Assembly (NCBI RefSeq): GCF_006345805.1 | Contig: NC_043022.1 | Location: 16,368,001-16,432,000, forward strand | Direction: 5' to 3' | DNA length: 64,000 nucleotides | From: Octopus sinensis | Lineage: Eukaryota | Shown: in pieces, positions 39,132 to 52,591 of the stretch | Numbering within the stretch: the stretch's first letter is position 1 | Layout: each line of letters begins with the position of its first letter | Translations under genes and position numbers: made by a program | The notes under the pieces: generated by a model | The model's database searches: none | Seen by the model: the letters and a program-made list of their open reading frames with translations, nothing else | Told to the model about the DNA's origin: nothing

Positions 39132-41352
39132 TAATGTTCACTTCACAAATGTATTTACATTAGTTTCAAATTTATTCTCAGCCAAAACATTAAAAATAGG
39201 GGGGTGGGCAGAGAAAGCTTCAGGTAAGATAAATGAAACTAGAATTAGAACTTGTTGAAGAATTAACAGTTTTCACCCTGTTGAATTGATTAAAAGCTTT
39301 TTGGAATATTTGAAATGCGATAGCTGCAAGTTTAGGAATAAAAATAAATTAAGCTAATTATAATCAATCTTTTATGATTGCATCTGCCACCAGCCCCTCT
39401 GAATCTTAACTTCCATTGCAGTGTTTTAAACTGAATATTTCAAATAACAGAAATTGTATGTAAATTTAACAAAATGAGGCTGGAATTGGAAACAATCTTT
39501 CTTCTCTAAGATATCAACTATTTAGTGAAGAAAGTTGAGCTGGCTTTTTATTGTTCAAGGCCCCTTTAACCAGTGTTCAGTAACACTTTCTCTCACTTAC
39601 CAATCATTAATTGACAGGATAGTGAGATAATGTAATTTGAAATTTAAAAAAAAATTGTGAAGCTGGAATTGCTTAATGAAGTATTTCTAAAGAAAGCTGC
39701 GAGTGTGAAGTTTGCTTTAAGAGGATATCAAATAAACAGACTGGGGTAATTTTTATTTTAACTGCAACGAAACATTGCACCTGCTCCCCCCCCCTTGCAA
39801 TACGTGAGCTGAGCAGTGAATCTACAAAGCAGAGATGAATCACTGTGACTGACATTAATTGCTTTGAGGATGTTTGTGAAATCCATGGCAGTGGAACATT
39901 AGAGCTGCAAGTGGTGAAAGGAGTCAACTTAAATTTGTAGCTAATATTTCTGCCACTATTTGATATTTATAAAGCACCACTGAAATGTAATATTCTGCTC
40001 AAAGACAGTTGTTTAGGTGTAGCATGTATTTACTGTAAGACACCAAAAGGTCTATGAATCCATACCATTTTATAATATTATTTTTAAGTTTGAAGAAAGA
40101 AATTATATATTCATTGAAAACAGCAAACTTCAAAAATAGTCTGTAAAAAAAACTCAGTACCTTTATTCTTTGTGGCTAATATCTAAAGTACTTTTTCAGC
40201 CATCATTGCCCCCAGGTCTTTTCTTATTAAAATTATTATTTTATCTGCTGCTTTTTACAGCTTGCTTCTTCCTCTATTTCACCAGCAAACGTCTTGTATA
40301 GCTCACTTTCAAACTAGTCACATCTTTTTTCTTCTCACACCAAAGAACAGTAGTTTTCTTCACTTTTTCTTTACTTCTTTCTGCATTTCTTTCTTTCTTT
40401 CTTTCTTTCATTTTTCTCAGCGCCATCTTCCAGCATTGTCCATTCAGACAAACTTTCTGCAATATCTAGCTAATAAAACAGTTTTCAGAAAAATTGTATA
40501 AATATTGTCAAGCACTGAAAAGCTAAGCTCCCATCTTTCAATTCCTGGTTGGAGCCATTTCACATCATTTAAGTTGCTTGTCCCCTTAAAACAGACAAGA
40601 TTGTTATAGAATCCACCCTCCTCCTTTCATCGAATGTCTGAAGCCTGGTTGCTTATGTATGAAATCAATATCGCTAACAATCACAACACTCTGCAATCTG
40701 TGGGCCTTTACAGGCTCTGGCTTAAAACTAATTTCAATTGATTAGCTATTCATATTTTTCTTTTCAAATTTTTGCTTTGAAATATATTTGCCTAGGAATT
40801 TAATCTAATTAAATTAATATGCAAATTTTATGCATTCTTTTTTCTTATCATTGCTTAAACTTCCTTTCTTCTTTCTTTTTTTCATATTTTAAAGATATTT
40901 TAAGAAAAAATCTTCATCTCACCTGTTTGGCTATTGTCCTAGTGTAGAAGATTTCATTCTCTTTTTTAACATTAATTACTGCCTTTTCCTAATTGTTCAA
41001 TACATTTTACACATTCAGAAATATATTGATGTTATTTATATTTATATATTCTCTGCTTTTTAATGAATATCATTTTGATAAAGATACATAGCTTAACTAA
41101 CTGTGTCTCAGGTAAGCTCAAACTTCAGCAATAATATCTGATTTCAAGGAACCACATTGGTGAATGTGAGCAGAGGAACCGAATCAGTGAAGAACCAAAT
41201 GTTGCACAATCCTTTCTTCAAAGTTTTTCATGAATGCATTTAATATTCTTCCAAATTAATCAAGTTCAAAGATCATGGCTAAAGAAAAATGCAACATTAT
41301 ATTATTTTCTTTATTAATAAATGTCTTTATATCAAGTGGACTACATGTATTA

Positions 41353-41391
<39 letters not shown>

Positions 41392-41860
41392 TTTTTTAAA
41401 AAATGCAAGGTTCTTTTTGCATGCCTTATATCTAAATTTGTAATTATCAAAGTATTAAATTTCTGATTTCTTTTTGTTTCCCAAATTTCTTTCCTTGCCA
41501 TAATCTCATGTGGAAGATTCAATATATATCATTCCTTTATTGATTGATTTCTTTTTCTAGTGATTCCTCAATAATTTCATCTCTCTCTCTCTGAGATAAC
41601 AATATCTATGGCTAACAGAAATGAATGCTTCCATGCTAAACTTGTCAATGTATTTGCTCTACACATTTCCAAGGACACTTGTATCATCTTTAGTGCACAA
41701 AGATTCTTTTGATAAATAATTTGATAAAATTTTCTGCCATGGAAAAAAATAACTTCACTAAAAATTCCTTTTTGGTTTATTTTCTTTCTCTTGTTTCCCA
41801 CCCCACCTCTTCATCCTAAAGTTCTACTTTGTTTCTTTGATTGATCTTCAAAACAATATA

Positions 41861-41959
41861 AGTTAACTAATTTTTTTTCCCTTTCAGGTGAGTCTTTGAT
41901 ATTTCTTCTGATTTGGCCGAAATTCAAATAGGAAATTTCATAATTTTTACGAGGTCAGT
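41861..41959 (+). other. candidate recursive splice site with 66-nt cryptic exon (41888-41953)
   Basis: AACTAAT branch-like motif, TTTTTTTTCCCTTTCAG immediately followed by GTGAGT, and a downstream donor GAG|GTCAGT at 41954. Confidence 0.45.
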
Positions 41960-42425
41960 TGAGATTAGAGCATTTCATTTTAATTAACCATCTGCACTGT
42001 TTCTTTCTCAAGTTTCATTTCTTTCGATCAATAATATTTGTTGCAAAACTTTGTTGTTTTTTTCTTTCCATTTTGATGTTTTATATGACCAACGGTACAT
42101 TGCACTTCTTCACACAAAAGAAGTTAAAGAATTTACATTGCTTTTCTCTTGGGAAATTTTCTATTTTCTTAAAATTTCTATTATCCGCTCATTTCCACTC
42201 CTACTCTGTGTGTGTGTGTGTATAATAATGGAGACCTCAAAAGACATTTGAAGATCCACAAAAATCAGAACTTAAAGCTCTTGGTGGTCCCAAATCGGAT
42301 ATGCAATCTCAGTGGGTGTCTTTTCAAAACATTGTCTGGTTTAAAAAGCTACATCAGATGCCATGATAGTTTTAAGGTGTAAATACAAAAGGTGGTCAAA
42401 CTCTGTATAAGGAGTAGGCAACCAC

Positions 42426-42456
<31 letters not shown>

Positions 42457-42463
42457 AGACAAC

Positions 42464-42510
<47 letters not shown>

Positions 42511-45500
42511 TGTATATAATATTAACACAAGAAGAGGGATTGAAGGGGTTAATTCATCTGTGTGGATTTCCACTGGTATATTCAGCGAGCGAAGAAGTCT
42601 CACTGTGTATCAGCATTTAGTAGTTGATAGTCAAAGAGGAGGTTTGCAAAGCAGCCTACAAGATTTTGGACCCAGAATATATATATGCATGTATGTATGT
42701 AATTTAATGTGCACTGTATTAAAGAATGTGCTACTAATAGTTTCTTGCTATGAAGACATGTGGCTAGGCAGGGTTTTATAACATACCTTGTCTTTCCTTG
42801 CTTGGAGATACAAGATACACATGGTTAAACAGATTAACCATGTGTGTCAAAGACATGAAACTATTAGTAGCCCTTATTTTAATACAATGTACATTAAATA
42901 TTTTCTCTCACTGGATAGAGTACTGTTGATCTTACCTTAGCAAATCAGTAAACCTTATATATATATATATATATATGCAGGGGAGAGGGGTAAGATAGCT
43001 GTAATGAATGAGGGGAGTGTGAGACTGATGGACAGTGGTGAGAGAAGTTATAATAGGGAGACAAAAATTTGGAAGTTGGTGGACAAAATGTAGACAAAAG
43101 CAAATTGAGACAGAAAGTTGTAGCCAAAGACAAAAACAACAACACGAGCAGTAAACAAATGAAGTAACAACAAAAACAAGGATGATAACAGCAACACTGT
43201 CACTGTTTCTATACGAGGTAGCAGCAAGGGCAAATCAACAACAATAATAAGCAACCACTTCCAAAGGATAGCCCCATGGTTGGGAAGCAAACTTCTTAAA
43301 CACAGCCTTGCCCATGCCCATTATCAGGAGACTGGAAAATAATTTTTGAATAAAATTAAAAGAAAATAATATTTTAGAAATTATGTTAATTTTCTTATTC
43401 AATAAAATATTGCAATATAAGAATGTCATTACGTTAAAAAAAGAAAGACCCTTCTAACTTGACCTTGTTTATTAAATCCCAAAAGTCAGAGTTATTTCTC
43501 TCCCTACTCCTTCTCTCTCTTTCTGTCTCTACAAAAGTTACATCAATACATTGAATAAAAGTCAATAATTGGGAAACAAAACTCAAATAAAATAGATTTA
43601 ATTTTCGTTTTTGTAACATTTAAAAAAATAATAATTTAATATTTTCTTGTTCTTCCACTTTATGCTTCCAGTTAGAAATATATTTCCATCATAAATCTTC
43701 ATCTTCATCAATATTATTAATATTATTATCTTAAAATTATCACATGCTAGAGGTGTATCTACAATAAAGTAACTCTCTATGCATTTGGAGCCTCACTTTA
43801 TTCTCTTATTGTCTTATGATTAATATGAATGAGCAATTATTTTCTTTCAACCATAAAGATCAGAATTGATTAGCCATAGCCCCCACTCTCTCCATACAGC
43901 ACACCTCTACTATTCTGTTCTCTGTTCCTTGGGTTTCCTGTCAACACCTGTGCCATAATTCTCTTCTCATATTACTGTTAGTGACTTATTGTCTTCTCAG
44001 AGATGCTTTACAATCAGGAATTCTCAAACTCTTTAATACTAATCATATATTTCATTTAGTTAAAAAATTAAAAATTTTTTTATCTAAATTGAGTCATTGA
44101 ACTGTTGCCATCCTTGGGCACCTTCAGTTTTATTATTTATATTTCTTAAAGTAGTCAGTCCTATTGATGCCAATATTCGGTACATCCTGAAGGCAGCAAG
44201 TTGGCAGAATTGTTATTTTGCTGAGGAAAATGCTTGGCAGCATTTCATCCATCTTCACATTCTGAGTTCAAATTCTGTTGAGGTTGATTTTGCCTTTTGT
44301 CCTTTTGGGGGTCAGCAAAATAACTACCAGTTTAAGACCGGGGCCGATAAAATTGATTTACACCCTTCCCAGAACTTGCTGGCCTTGTGCCAAAATTTGA
44401 AACTAATATTTCGTTTGTCCTAAAATTTATTTCTCCAGTCTCATTTATTAAATTATTAGATTGCTTTTGGATGTGGAGGGATGTAACTCAACACACACAC
44501 ATTCACAGACACACACACATGGTGGGTGTACCGAATTTCTCTCTCAACCCAAGGCTACAGTTGAACGCACTTGCCCAAAATACCACACAGTAAAACACAT
44601 TATGCAGTATGCTGGCCGAACGATTTTTGGACCCCCACATCATTTAGTTTTAATGGGAACTTGTTAATCACCCAGCAATACTTGCATCTCTTCTAACAAT
44701 ACTAATATAAAAAAAAAAACTGCTATGAAAACAAAACAACAGACAATGAAAACAGTAGAATAAATTGTCAAAAATTCCCATTTATTTACGTCGTTAATTA
44801 TTTTCAGAGTTTTTAGCTGACAGAAACCGTTTAAGAAAAGTTCCATCAACAAAGTACATTATCATTATTAATATTATTATTAGTTTTTCTGCATCCTTCA
44901 ATTTTGTTTCCATTTATGATCAAGTGTCTTCCTGACACCTAGGGCAATGAAATTCACTGTATACATTGATAGGCCATCAAAATAACCACACCAGATTGTT
45001 CATTTACAAAATCAAATAAAATTGTGTAAAAAAAAGTAGTAGTAGTGGTGGTATTAGTAGTAGTAATGTTATTTAACATTTAAAATTATTGCTATTTCAA
45101 GTCTTCAAATTATGCTATGACTTGTGAATTTATGTTGAAACTAGCTTAAAGAACATTGATTTAACTATGAATATAGGATTGTTTGTCGGAATATAATTTC
45201 TGTTGTATATCACTAAAGCAATCTTGTCAAACAAGCTAAAATCTTAGAAAAATACATCTGTGAATTTCTGATTCGGTTATTTATCACTTGTTCTCATAAA
45301 TTTCAAACAATTGGCAAAGATAATGCCTTTGTAATGTTTCTTGTTCATCCCATTATGCTTCATAATTGCTTGCAACAGGTTTTTGATAAAGAAAACAAAA
45401 GGAGAAAAAAATCCTCTGGCTTTTATGACATTAATTTTCAATACTTATTGTCTAAAAACTATGTATACTCTTGTATAACGCTTCAGATATTATCTTTAAA

Positions 45501-46377
45501 TTTGATGTACGTATATATAACAAACTGTTTCTTGATTATGAATAAGGGGGAAAAAAATACTTTGGGGGAATTTTTTTTTTACTTAACTTTCAAAAATTTT
45601 TTTCTCTGTTTCTTTCGTATTCCATGTTTTCAAATCTATTCTCTGTGATGTGATTGGATGCTTGGAGAAAATTGGTTTATAGTCGGATTCCTTTGCTAAA
45701 ACCAAATATTTCATGAAGTTAGAATGCAACTCATTTTAACCTCGAAAGCTAGAAGCATGCAGCATAGTATCTTGGATAGCTGCAAAAATAGTTGCTGTAG
45801 CTGGGCCAGTTTATGGTCAGAAATAAATTATCTCAGCAACCACATACATGCATTCTTTCTCTGTTTGTCTGTCTCTTTCTTTCTCTCTCTCTCTCTTACA
45901 CACACACGCGCATGCACACAAACACACATACACACATGCACACACACACACATGCACACACACATGTACATGTACTACCATGAAGATCTTGTTTGGAGAA
46001 GATTTTCGAATATATTGTGGGCATTTGATTTTGCTTGTATTGCAAGGTGGCAATGCCACTTCAAAAACTCAGCTTGATTTGAAGTAAAGTTGCTGGGTAA
46101 CAAGGAAATCCTATAAACATGAGTGAGTTTTGTTAGAAATAAAACCACAAGTGAGTCCACATTTGCAGAAACCATTTTGTTATTAGTGGGAAGATGGACA
46201 GAATTGATAGGGTCCAGCAGGTGATTGCTCATAATACTTCTGATTACCTTTGAAATGCTTGGCATTTAAGATATGGACCAACTCAGGAGCATAATGATGT
46301 TTAACTACAATTGCTGGGAATACTGTGGTGGATTCATTTGTATTTTGAGTTTGATTAATCCAACACATTGTTTCCAG

Positions 46378-46417
46378 ACCAGGTGGTTACATTCATGATA
46401 GGAGGCATTATAGGCAA
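46378..46417 (+). other. weak candidate 40-nt exon
   Basis: TTGTTTCCAG acceptor and CAA|GTGAGA donor; open in two frames (DQVVTFMIGGIIG or PGGYIHDRRHYRQ). Splice signals only. Confidence 0.2.
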
Positions 46418-47399
46418 GTGAGAAAGAAAAGCCTGTGTGTGTGTGTGTGAAAGAGAGAGAGAGAGAGATAGGGGAGGAAGCAAGAAGTATTCTGGATTTG
46501 GAGGTGAGGAGTAGCAGGTATTTGTAGGAAAACAACACTGTTTTTTTTTTCTCATCCAGATATTACAGAGTGTGTATGTCACCCATGAAACTACAACACA
46601 AGTTTATTGATTTAGTTCTGTATGACTAATGATTGTACATAATTTATTAAACCAAAACATTAATTTCTACTTAAAAAAATGAATATTTCATTTTTCAACT
46701 TGGAAATTTTAAGAATTAAATTAAGGAAGATTCCTAGCAACGACTGCTTAGCTTTTGTTTTAATAGATTAAAGTAAAAGACAAGCTTCTAACCAATTAAG
46801 ATGGAGAAGTGATAAGTTAAATATTGCCTTTAAAGTAATTACATCTAATTCAATTTGTATAGAAATATGAAAGATAAGTTCCACCAGTAACCCGAGGTAG
46901 CAAAAAATATTTTATCAACTTCTCATTGATGTTTTCTTTGAGGCCATTAAAGAAGGTGATATTTTTACATCAAATAAAACACATTGAACAAAAAATAGAA
47001 TTACTTGAAACTAATTTGAACAAGCACACTGTTACTAATTTCTGGTATTAATTATGACATGGAGAAATACTTAAGACGTTAATGGTTTGCTTACTTTTGC
47101 TTTGACCTTTTAAGTTGTCTGGCTGTGGTGGTGATCAGCAAAGATTAGTCAGAGTTCAGTTTGATCGGGGAAAAATCTATTTTAGTGACTTCACTAATTT
47201 CCTTGACAATGTCTTAACTGATAAAAATTCTTGTCTCTAAAACATAATTCTATAATCTTTACTTGTGAATTCATAATAATAATCTTGTACACCAGTTCAA
47301 GGCATTGCAATTTATATTATTGATTCAACACCACACTGGAATTTGAACTCAAGATGTACAGAGATATAGCTAAATCACTGTATCAACCAGGCCACCAGA

Positions 47400-47600
47400 T
47401 GTCCTTATACAATGCTTGTCTCAATGTACTTCTGTTCTTCCCTTTATTACAATACTTTTCTCTTGTATTTGGGCCCAAAGTTTTTGGCTGTATCATCCTG
47501 GAGGCTTTCCAGCTTGTCTCATCCAATCTCTTGGATGCCACTTAACAACAGCTACGCATGTCCACCTGTTGTTCGAAGGCCTTGCAACACCTGTCAATCC
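47400..47600 (-). mobile_element. old RTE-clade LINE remnant
   Basis: The minus strand reads RWTCVAVVKWHPRDWMRQAGKPP, a decayed form of the RTE 'RWT..V.EW.PR..KR..GRP..RW' motif. Confidence 0.7.
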
Positions 47601-47882
47601 TGATCAAAATATTGAACTATGATTATACAAATTACTAATGATGTAAATGTATATTACATCCTTAATTATTAAACAGCTAAAACTTTGTGTGTGTGTGTGT
47701 GTGTGATAAAGCTGATTGGAGATTTCAAGCAACACAAATAAGCTAAAGAAAAAGTGAATTCTTTAAATGACCGGTTGGAAGAAGGGTTTCATTGATAACA
47801 TTGAGAAGGATTCATTTGAGATCCATGTTTGTCATATCAAACAACAGAATCACCAATTTGAGAGACACAAGTATAACAGCTA

Positions 47883-47994
47883 TTATGGCACAAGTCTGTT
47901 TATCAAATTGTTGACTGAGGCCATTTCCATTAAAATTTCAGCAGTTAATTCATTATTATTCATTGCAAGAGAACATTTTAAACCATCATCTTCT
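47883..47994 (-). CDS. candidate terminal exon (R)EDDGLKCSLAMNNNELTAEILMEMASVNNLINRLVP*
   Basis: Protein-like composition, CTGAT branch motif about 25 nt before TAATAG, tandem stops TAA TAG, and a phase-2 start that fits the donor at 50490. An overlapping antisense frame is also open (47767-48027). Confidence 0.3.
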
Positions 47995-48404
47995 CTATTA
48001 AGTGATATTTGTAGAACATCAGTTTAACGAACTTCAAAGAATCGGTGTAATAAATGATTTGGTATTTGCTGTCCCCTTCCTTAATAGTAGGGCATGTAAG
48101 AAAATAGAATGGCTCAAAGGAAGGGATTCTGAACTTAGCCAGAAATTTTATGAGTTATTAGCTGAAGATGATTCCTGACACATAAGAAACGTCAGGCTAT
48201 CTACAACAGCCCTTCATTAATAAGTACATTATTCTCGTTATAGATTATAATTTGACCCACAACTTATTGAGTCTCAACACCTTTGTTATGTCCCTCTTTT
48301 TGTTATATGTTTGTTTTTGTTTTTGTATTTTAGTTATGTAAATGGTTTCTTACATTATATGGACATAATAATAATAATAATCATTTAGCTTTCTTTTCAC
48401 TGTA

Positions 48405-48444
<40 letters not shown>

Positions 48445-50489
48445 TGCTGAAGACTGGTCAAAACCTTAATGGCTGGAACCACATAAAACAAATAGATAAA
48501 CTAAAGAATTGTTCTGTTGTTAGAAAGAATGTCTAACCACGATCCCTTTGTTCTAAAGATATGTTCATTGCTCCGTGATACCTGATTGTTATTGCCCAAT
48601 CTTATTGCATCTCTGTAAATGGTTTTGATAAACATGGGGAATAGATCTTATGCCATGATTAGGCCATCAAAATAAGTTCTTGGCTATTCTTTGATTCTGT
48701 CTTCCTTTTCCTTCTCTTCTTCTTCAATTCGATGTAAAAACAATTACAAAAGAGAATCTTAGTGAAAGGCCTCATCTCTATTTACATTTTTATATCACTT
48801 CACTTAGTTACATCACTTCATGTTCTGAGATCAAAATTCTGCCAAGGTCAACTCGAGTTTTCATCCTTCCAGAGCTGAAAGGTAATAATAAAAGGGGCCA
48901 AACAAGTATGGACGGGGGGTGGGGGGGGGGTCAGTGTAATCAATTCTAAACACTTTCCTCCAGATTTGAGTCATTAGGCCTAAGTTAGAAGTCTATGTTC
49001 TTTATGTCCCCACCTAGCCAGTGGGGTGGTGTCATTTGAAAGCTAAAACAATGTAAAGTGCATTGTGACCAGCGATGTTTAACAATATCTGATAGTCTAG
49101 TTGACACTGTGATACTGTCATGTCATTAGTAATACACTCACATTCCTATGAGTATATTTGTATATTCAAGATGGTCTTTATCATATTTTATTTACTAGAT
49201 TACATAATAAAGAGGAAATGGTTGCACAATATGTTTAATTTAATAATCAATTTTATGACACAGATAAATATTTAGTGAGCAAAAAAAAAAAGCAAAATTA
49301 ACAAAGCTAAATTTGACATTGAATAAAATGTTTTTTTTAACAATTATGAAGAGAACAGGAGTAAAACACTAAACTGGAAGTGGTTGGTTTGAATGGAGAG
49401 TAAAAAATATTTACAAATTAATGTATTTTTTCATGAAGAAATGGAAAAAGTTTAAACATTTAAGACAGAGGTCGTTTCTCGTAGTAAGAAGATAGATAAG
49501 TCTGTATATTTTATCAGAGAGTTATAAGAGGTCAAAGAAAATGGGTTTGAGAGTAGAGGTAAGTGGAACTGGATGATGGCTAGAAATTTCAATCACGCAC
49601 AAAGAAAAAGAAGAGTACACAGCACCAGAGTTTGTATATGTGTGGGTATATGTAGATCCAGCAATATGTGTGGGTGCGTGTGTGTGAGTTAATGTATGTG
49701 TTGGTCAGTGAATATGGATCCAGCAATATGTGCGTCTGACTAGGAGAGTCAGTGTGAGTGCGTTGGTCACTTGTAGATCCAATAGTGTGTGTGTGTCTAG
49801 AAGAGTCAAGAGATGTATGTGTAGATCACACATGTTCCATTCACTTCTCCTCCTCCCCCATCATTCCTGTGTTTCTCATCCCAAATTTCCACATCAAAGA
49901 CTTCATCCAAAACTTTCTTTATCCAGATCTTCTGAGTTTTAAGATTCTTCTTTTGTGGATATAAAAAACAGTTGTTGTTGTTGTTATTGTTTTCATTGAT
50001 AACTTTCTGGTGAAGGCATGACCATCACTACTTAGCACTTGGCTCCCATTAAAAGTGTTAGGCTTTGTTTATATTACAAAACAAAGGACAAACAAACAAC
50101 CAGGACTTTGGTAGAATCAGGAGATCAATCAAATGCTTACCAATAATTAGTCAGATCACTTTGTAGTTGTAGTTCAAATGCTGCCACAGTCAACTTTAGA
50201 ATGTTTTATCCTCCAGGGTCAATAAGATAATCCAGATACTGAGTATTGATATACTTCATTTGCCACATAAATTTATTTCTATGCACTGAATAATAATATA
50301 ATTGACAACTGTAATTTGTTTATATATATTTTATAATAGCATAATATATAATTTATAATATTAATTTATCTGGGGAGAAGTAGATATAATGTAACCCCCT
50401 CTCACAAAATTGTTTGCTTTCATAGAAAACATTGAACGATTGAGGTTGGTATCTCTTGATTAGCTGTATGTTAATATTTTATCTCTTAC

Positions 50490-50564
50490 CTCAGGTTTCT
50501 GAGCTCTAATCCTGACATTACTTGGAAAGAGCCGAACATGATATATCCCTTCTCTAGTTTTGTC
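50490..50564 (-). CDS. candidate 75-nt symmetric exon (R)TKLEKGYIMFGSFQVMSGLELRNL(R)
   Basis: Strong donor GAG|GTAAGA. The acceptor TTTTGTCTGATGATCTCAG lies in degraded SINE sequence, so this could be an exonised repeat flank or chance. Confidence 0.25.
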
Positions 50565-50794
50565 CTGAGATCATCAGACAAAATGTCTTGCACATTTGAT
50601 AATGGTCCCTTACATTCTAAGTTCAAATCCCACCAAAGTTGACTTTGCCTTTCATATTTCTGGGGGTCAATATTTAATTTTCTGTTTCCCCCTGCTATCA
50701 AAATTCTCACCTTATCATTATCATCAAAAATAATGATGGTTACTCCCATCGATTTCAATGTATGAGTCTTTGAAGGAGAGGATTTAAAGTTAAA

Positions 50795-51723
50795 GAGAGT
50801 GGCTTGTTGTCTTTTGTCACGTTTGAATCTTGAGAATGTCCTGCCCCAGGCCTTGGTTGGAATAAAACTTCAGTCTTCTTGATGCTGATAGTCAGTCCAC
50901 AGTGGAGACGCAATGGCCCAGTGGTTAGGGCAGCGGACTCGTGGTCATAGGATCGCGGTTTCGATTCCCAGACCGGGCGTTGTGAGTGTTTATTGAGCGA
51001 AAACACCTAAAGTTCCACGAGGCTCCGGCAGGGGATGGTGGTGATCCCTGCTGTACTCTTTCACCACAACTTTCTCTCACTTTTACTTCCTGTTTCTGTT
51101 GTACCTGTATTTCAAGGGGCCGGCCTTGTCACTCTCTGTGTCACGCTGAATATCCCCGAGAACTACGTTAAGGGTACACGTGTCTGTGGAGTGCTCAGCC
51201 ACTTACACGTTAATTTCACGAGCAGGCTGTTCCGTTGATTCGGATCAACCGGAACCCTCGTCGTCGGAACCGACGGAGTGCTTCCAGTCAGTCCACACAC
51301 ACAAGCTGCCACAGCAAACCTATTCACCATTTCCTGAATTCCCTCAAATGTGTCAGAAATCAAAGCACAATCATCAGCAAACAGATCCCTTTTTTTCGTC
51401 TTTTCCTTTGATCTGAAACCTTAACCTTTCGGGTTTAGCAAACCTCCGTCTGTGGGAAACTGAAATTTTACACCTTCATGGTGATCCCTGAAAACATTTT
51501 GGAGCATCATTGAAAAGAATATGGAAAAAAGTACAGGGGCTAAAACACATCCCTATTTGGTTCCTTTGGCAACAGAAATGCCTCTGAATATTGACTACTA
51601 GATATCACTCTTCTCATCATTCCTTTATGCAGGGATACAATCACCCTTATCTTTTTATCAGGGAGTTCAGCTTTTGACAAAGTTTTCCAAAGCATCTTAC
51701 GATTCACTGTATCAAAGGTCTTA
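50795..51723 (-). mobile_element. RTE (BovB-like) LINE reverse-transcriptase fragment, split by a SINE insertion
   Basis: KTFDTVNRKMLW...SLHKGM...CVLAPVLFSIFFSMML...TDG...LFADDCAL...QEMVNRF..A...CGLT / CGLTISIKKTEVLFQPRPG; contains frameshifts and stops. Confidence 0.9.
50902..51285 (+). mobile_element. young tRNA-derived SINE, head H1 + tail B
   Basis: A and B boxes present; 12-bp TSD AGTCAGTCCACA at 50890-50901 and 51286-51297. Confidence 0.95.
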
Positions 51724-52553
51724 GCAGCATTTTGCCCAGCATGCTTATAATTCTGTCAGCTCACTTCCATCATAATAATAAAAACGATTTCAAATTTTGG
51801 CACAAGGGCAGCAAGTTCGGTGGGAGAGGGTAAGTCAATTACATCAGCCCCTATGCTCAACTGGTACTTATTTTATTGACCTCGAAAGGATGAAAGGTGA
51901 AGTTGACTTCAGCAGAATTTGAACTCAAAATGTAAAGACAGATGAAAGGTTGCTAAGCATTTTGTCCAGTTTGCTAATGATGTTACCAGCACACCACCCT
52001 AATAATGATGATGATGATGATGATGATAATGACAATAACGACAATGATGATGATAATGATGATGATTTTGTTTTACATTGGTATTAGACTAATATGAATT
52101 TTATATTTCTGTGATGATGTGGTTCATTATATATTCGGATTTTGAGATAAGTTTTATTTCTATCTTTTGCATTTATCAAATAATGTTTTAAATTGGACAG
52201 TGTCTGGCTGAATAACGATAGAGGGCCTACATTTTGAAATCGATAAAAAAAAACAAATAAACAAATACATAAATAAAAAGTTAAAAAGAAAAATATCTAA
52301 AGGTATTCAACTTGTGAGAAATATCTGTGAATTCTGTGAAACTGCTCTCCATCTTTCTTTCTCTCTTTCTCTCTGTATATGTGTATGTGTACATAGTGTG
52401 TGTGTGCATGTATGCATGTGTATGTATGTATATATAAATATGTACACACACACATACATACATACACACGCAGAGATAGAGAGAGAGAGACACAGAAAGG
52501 CTACTTCAAGACCTCATCATCTCAAATGTTTTATAATAAACTTCTATCTTTCA

Positions 52554-52591
<38 letters not shown>

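Noticed and set aside
40540-40600. TGTCCCCTTAAAACAG resembling miR-133
   Set aside because: Seed and body mismatch, and there is no complementary arm. I recognised no conserved bilaterian miRNA, snoRNA, rRNA or CRISPR array anywhere in the window.
42814-42848. 12-15-bp hairpin ACACATGGTTAA-acaga-TTAACCATGTGT
   Set aside because: Too short and asymmetric in its extension for a pre-miRNA; isolated.
45334-45648. 104-aa ORF; likewise 8647-8871 and 26238-26732
   Set aside because: Composition mirrors A/T homopolymer runs; no motif, homology or consistent splice support recognised.
48024-48026. A-to-I recoding or readthrough of the in-frame TAA
   Set aside because: Both adenosines would need editing to make Trp; a splice acceptor downstream of the stop, or pseudogenisation, is simpler.
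50565-50758. N-terminal part of the 90-aa ORF 50486-50758
   Set aside because: It overlaps a degraded family-3 SINE (GAAAGGCAAAGTCAAC...GGATTTGAACTTAGAATG).
50902-50975. tRNA-like sequences with A and B boxes
   Set aside because: They continue directly into SINE bodies with TSDs and lack a proper acceptor stem, so they are not tRNA genes.
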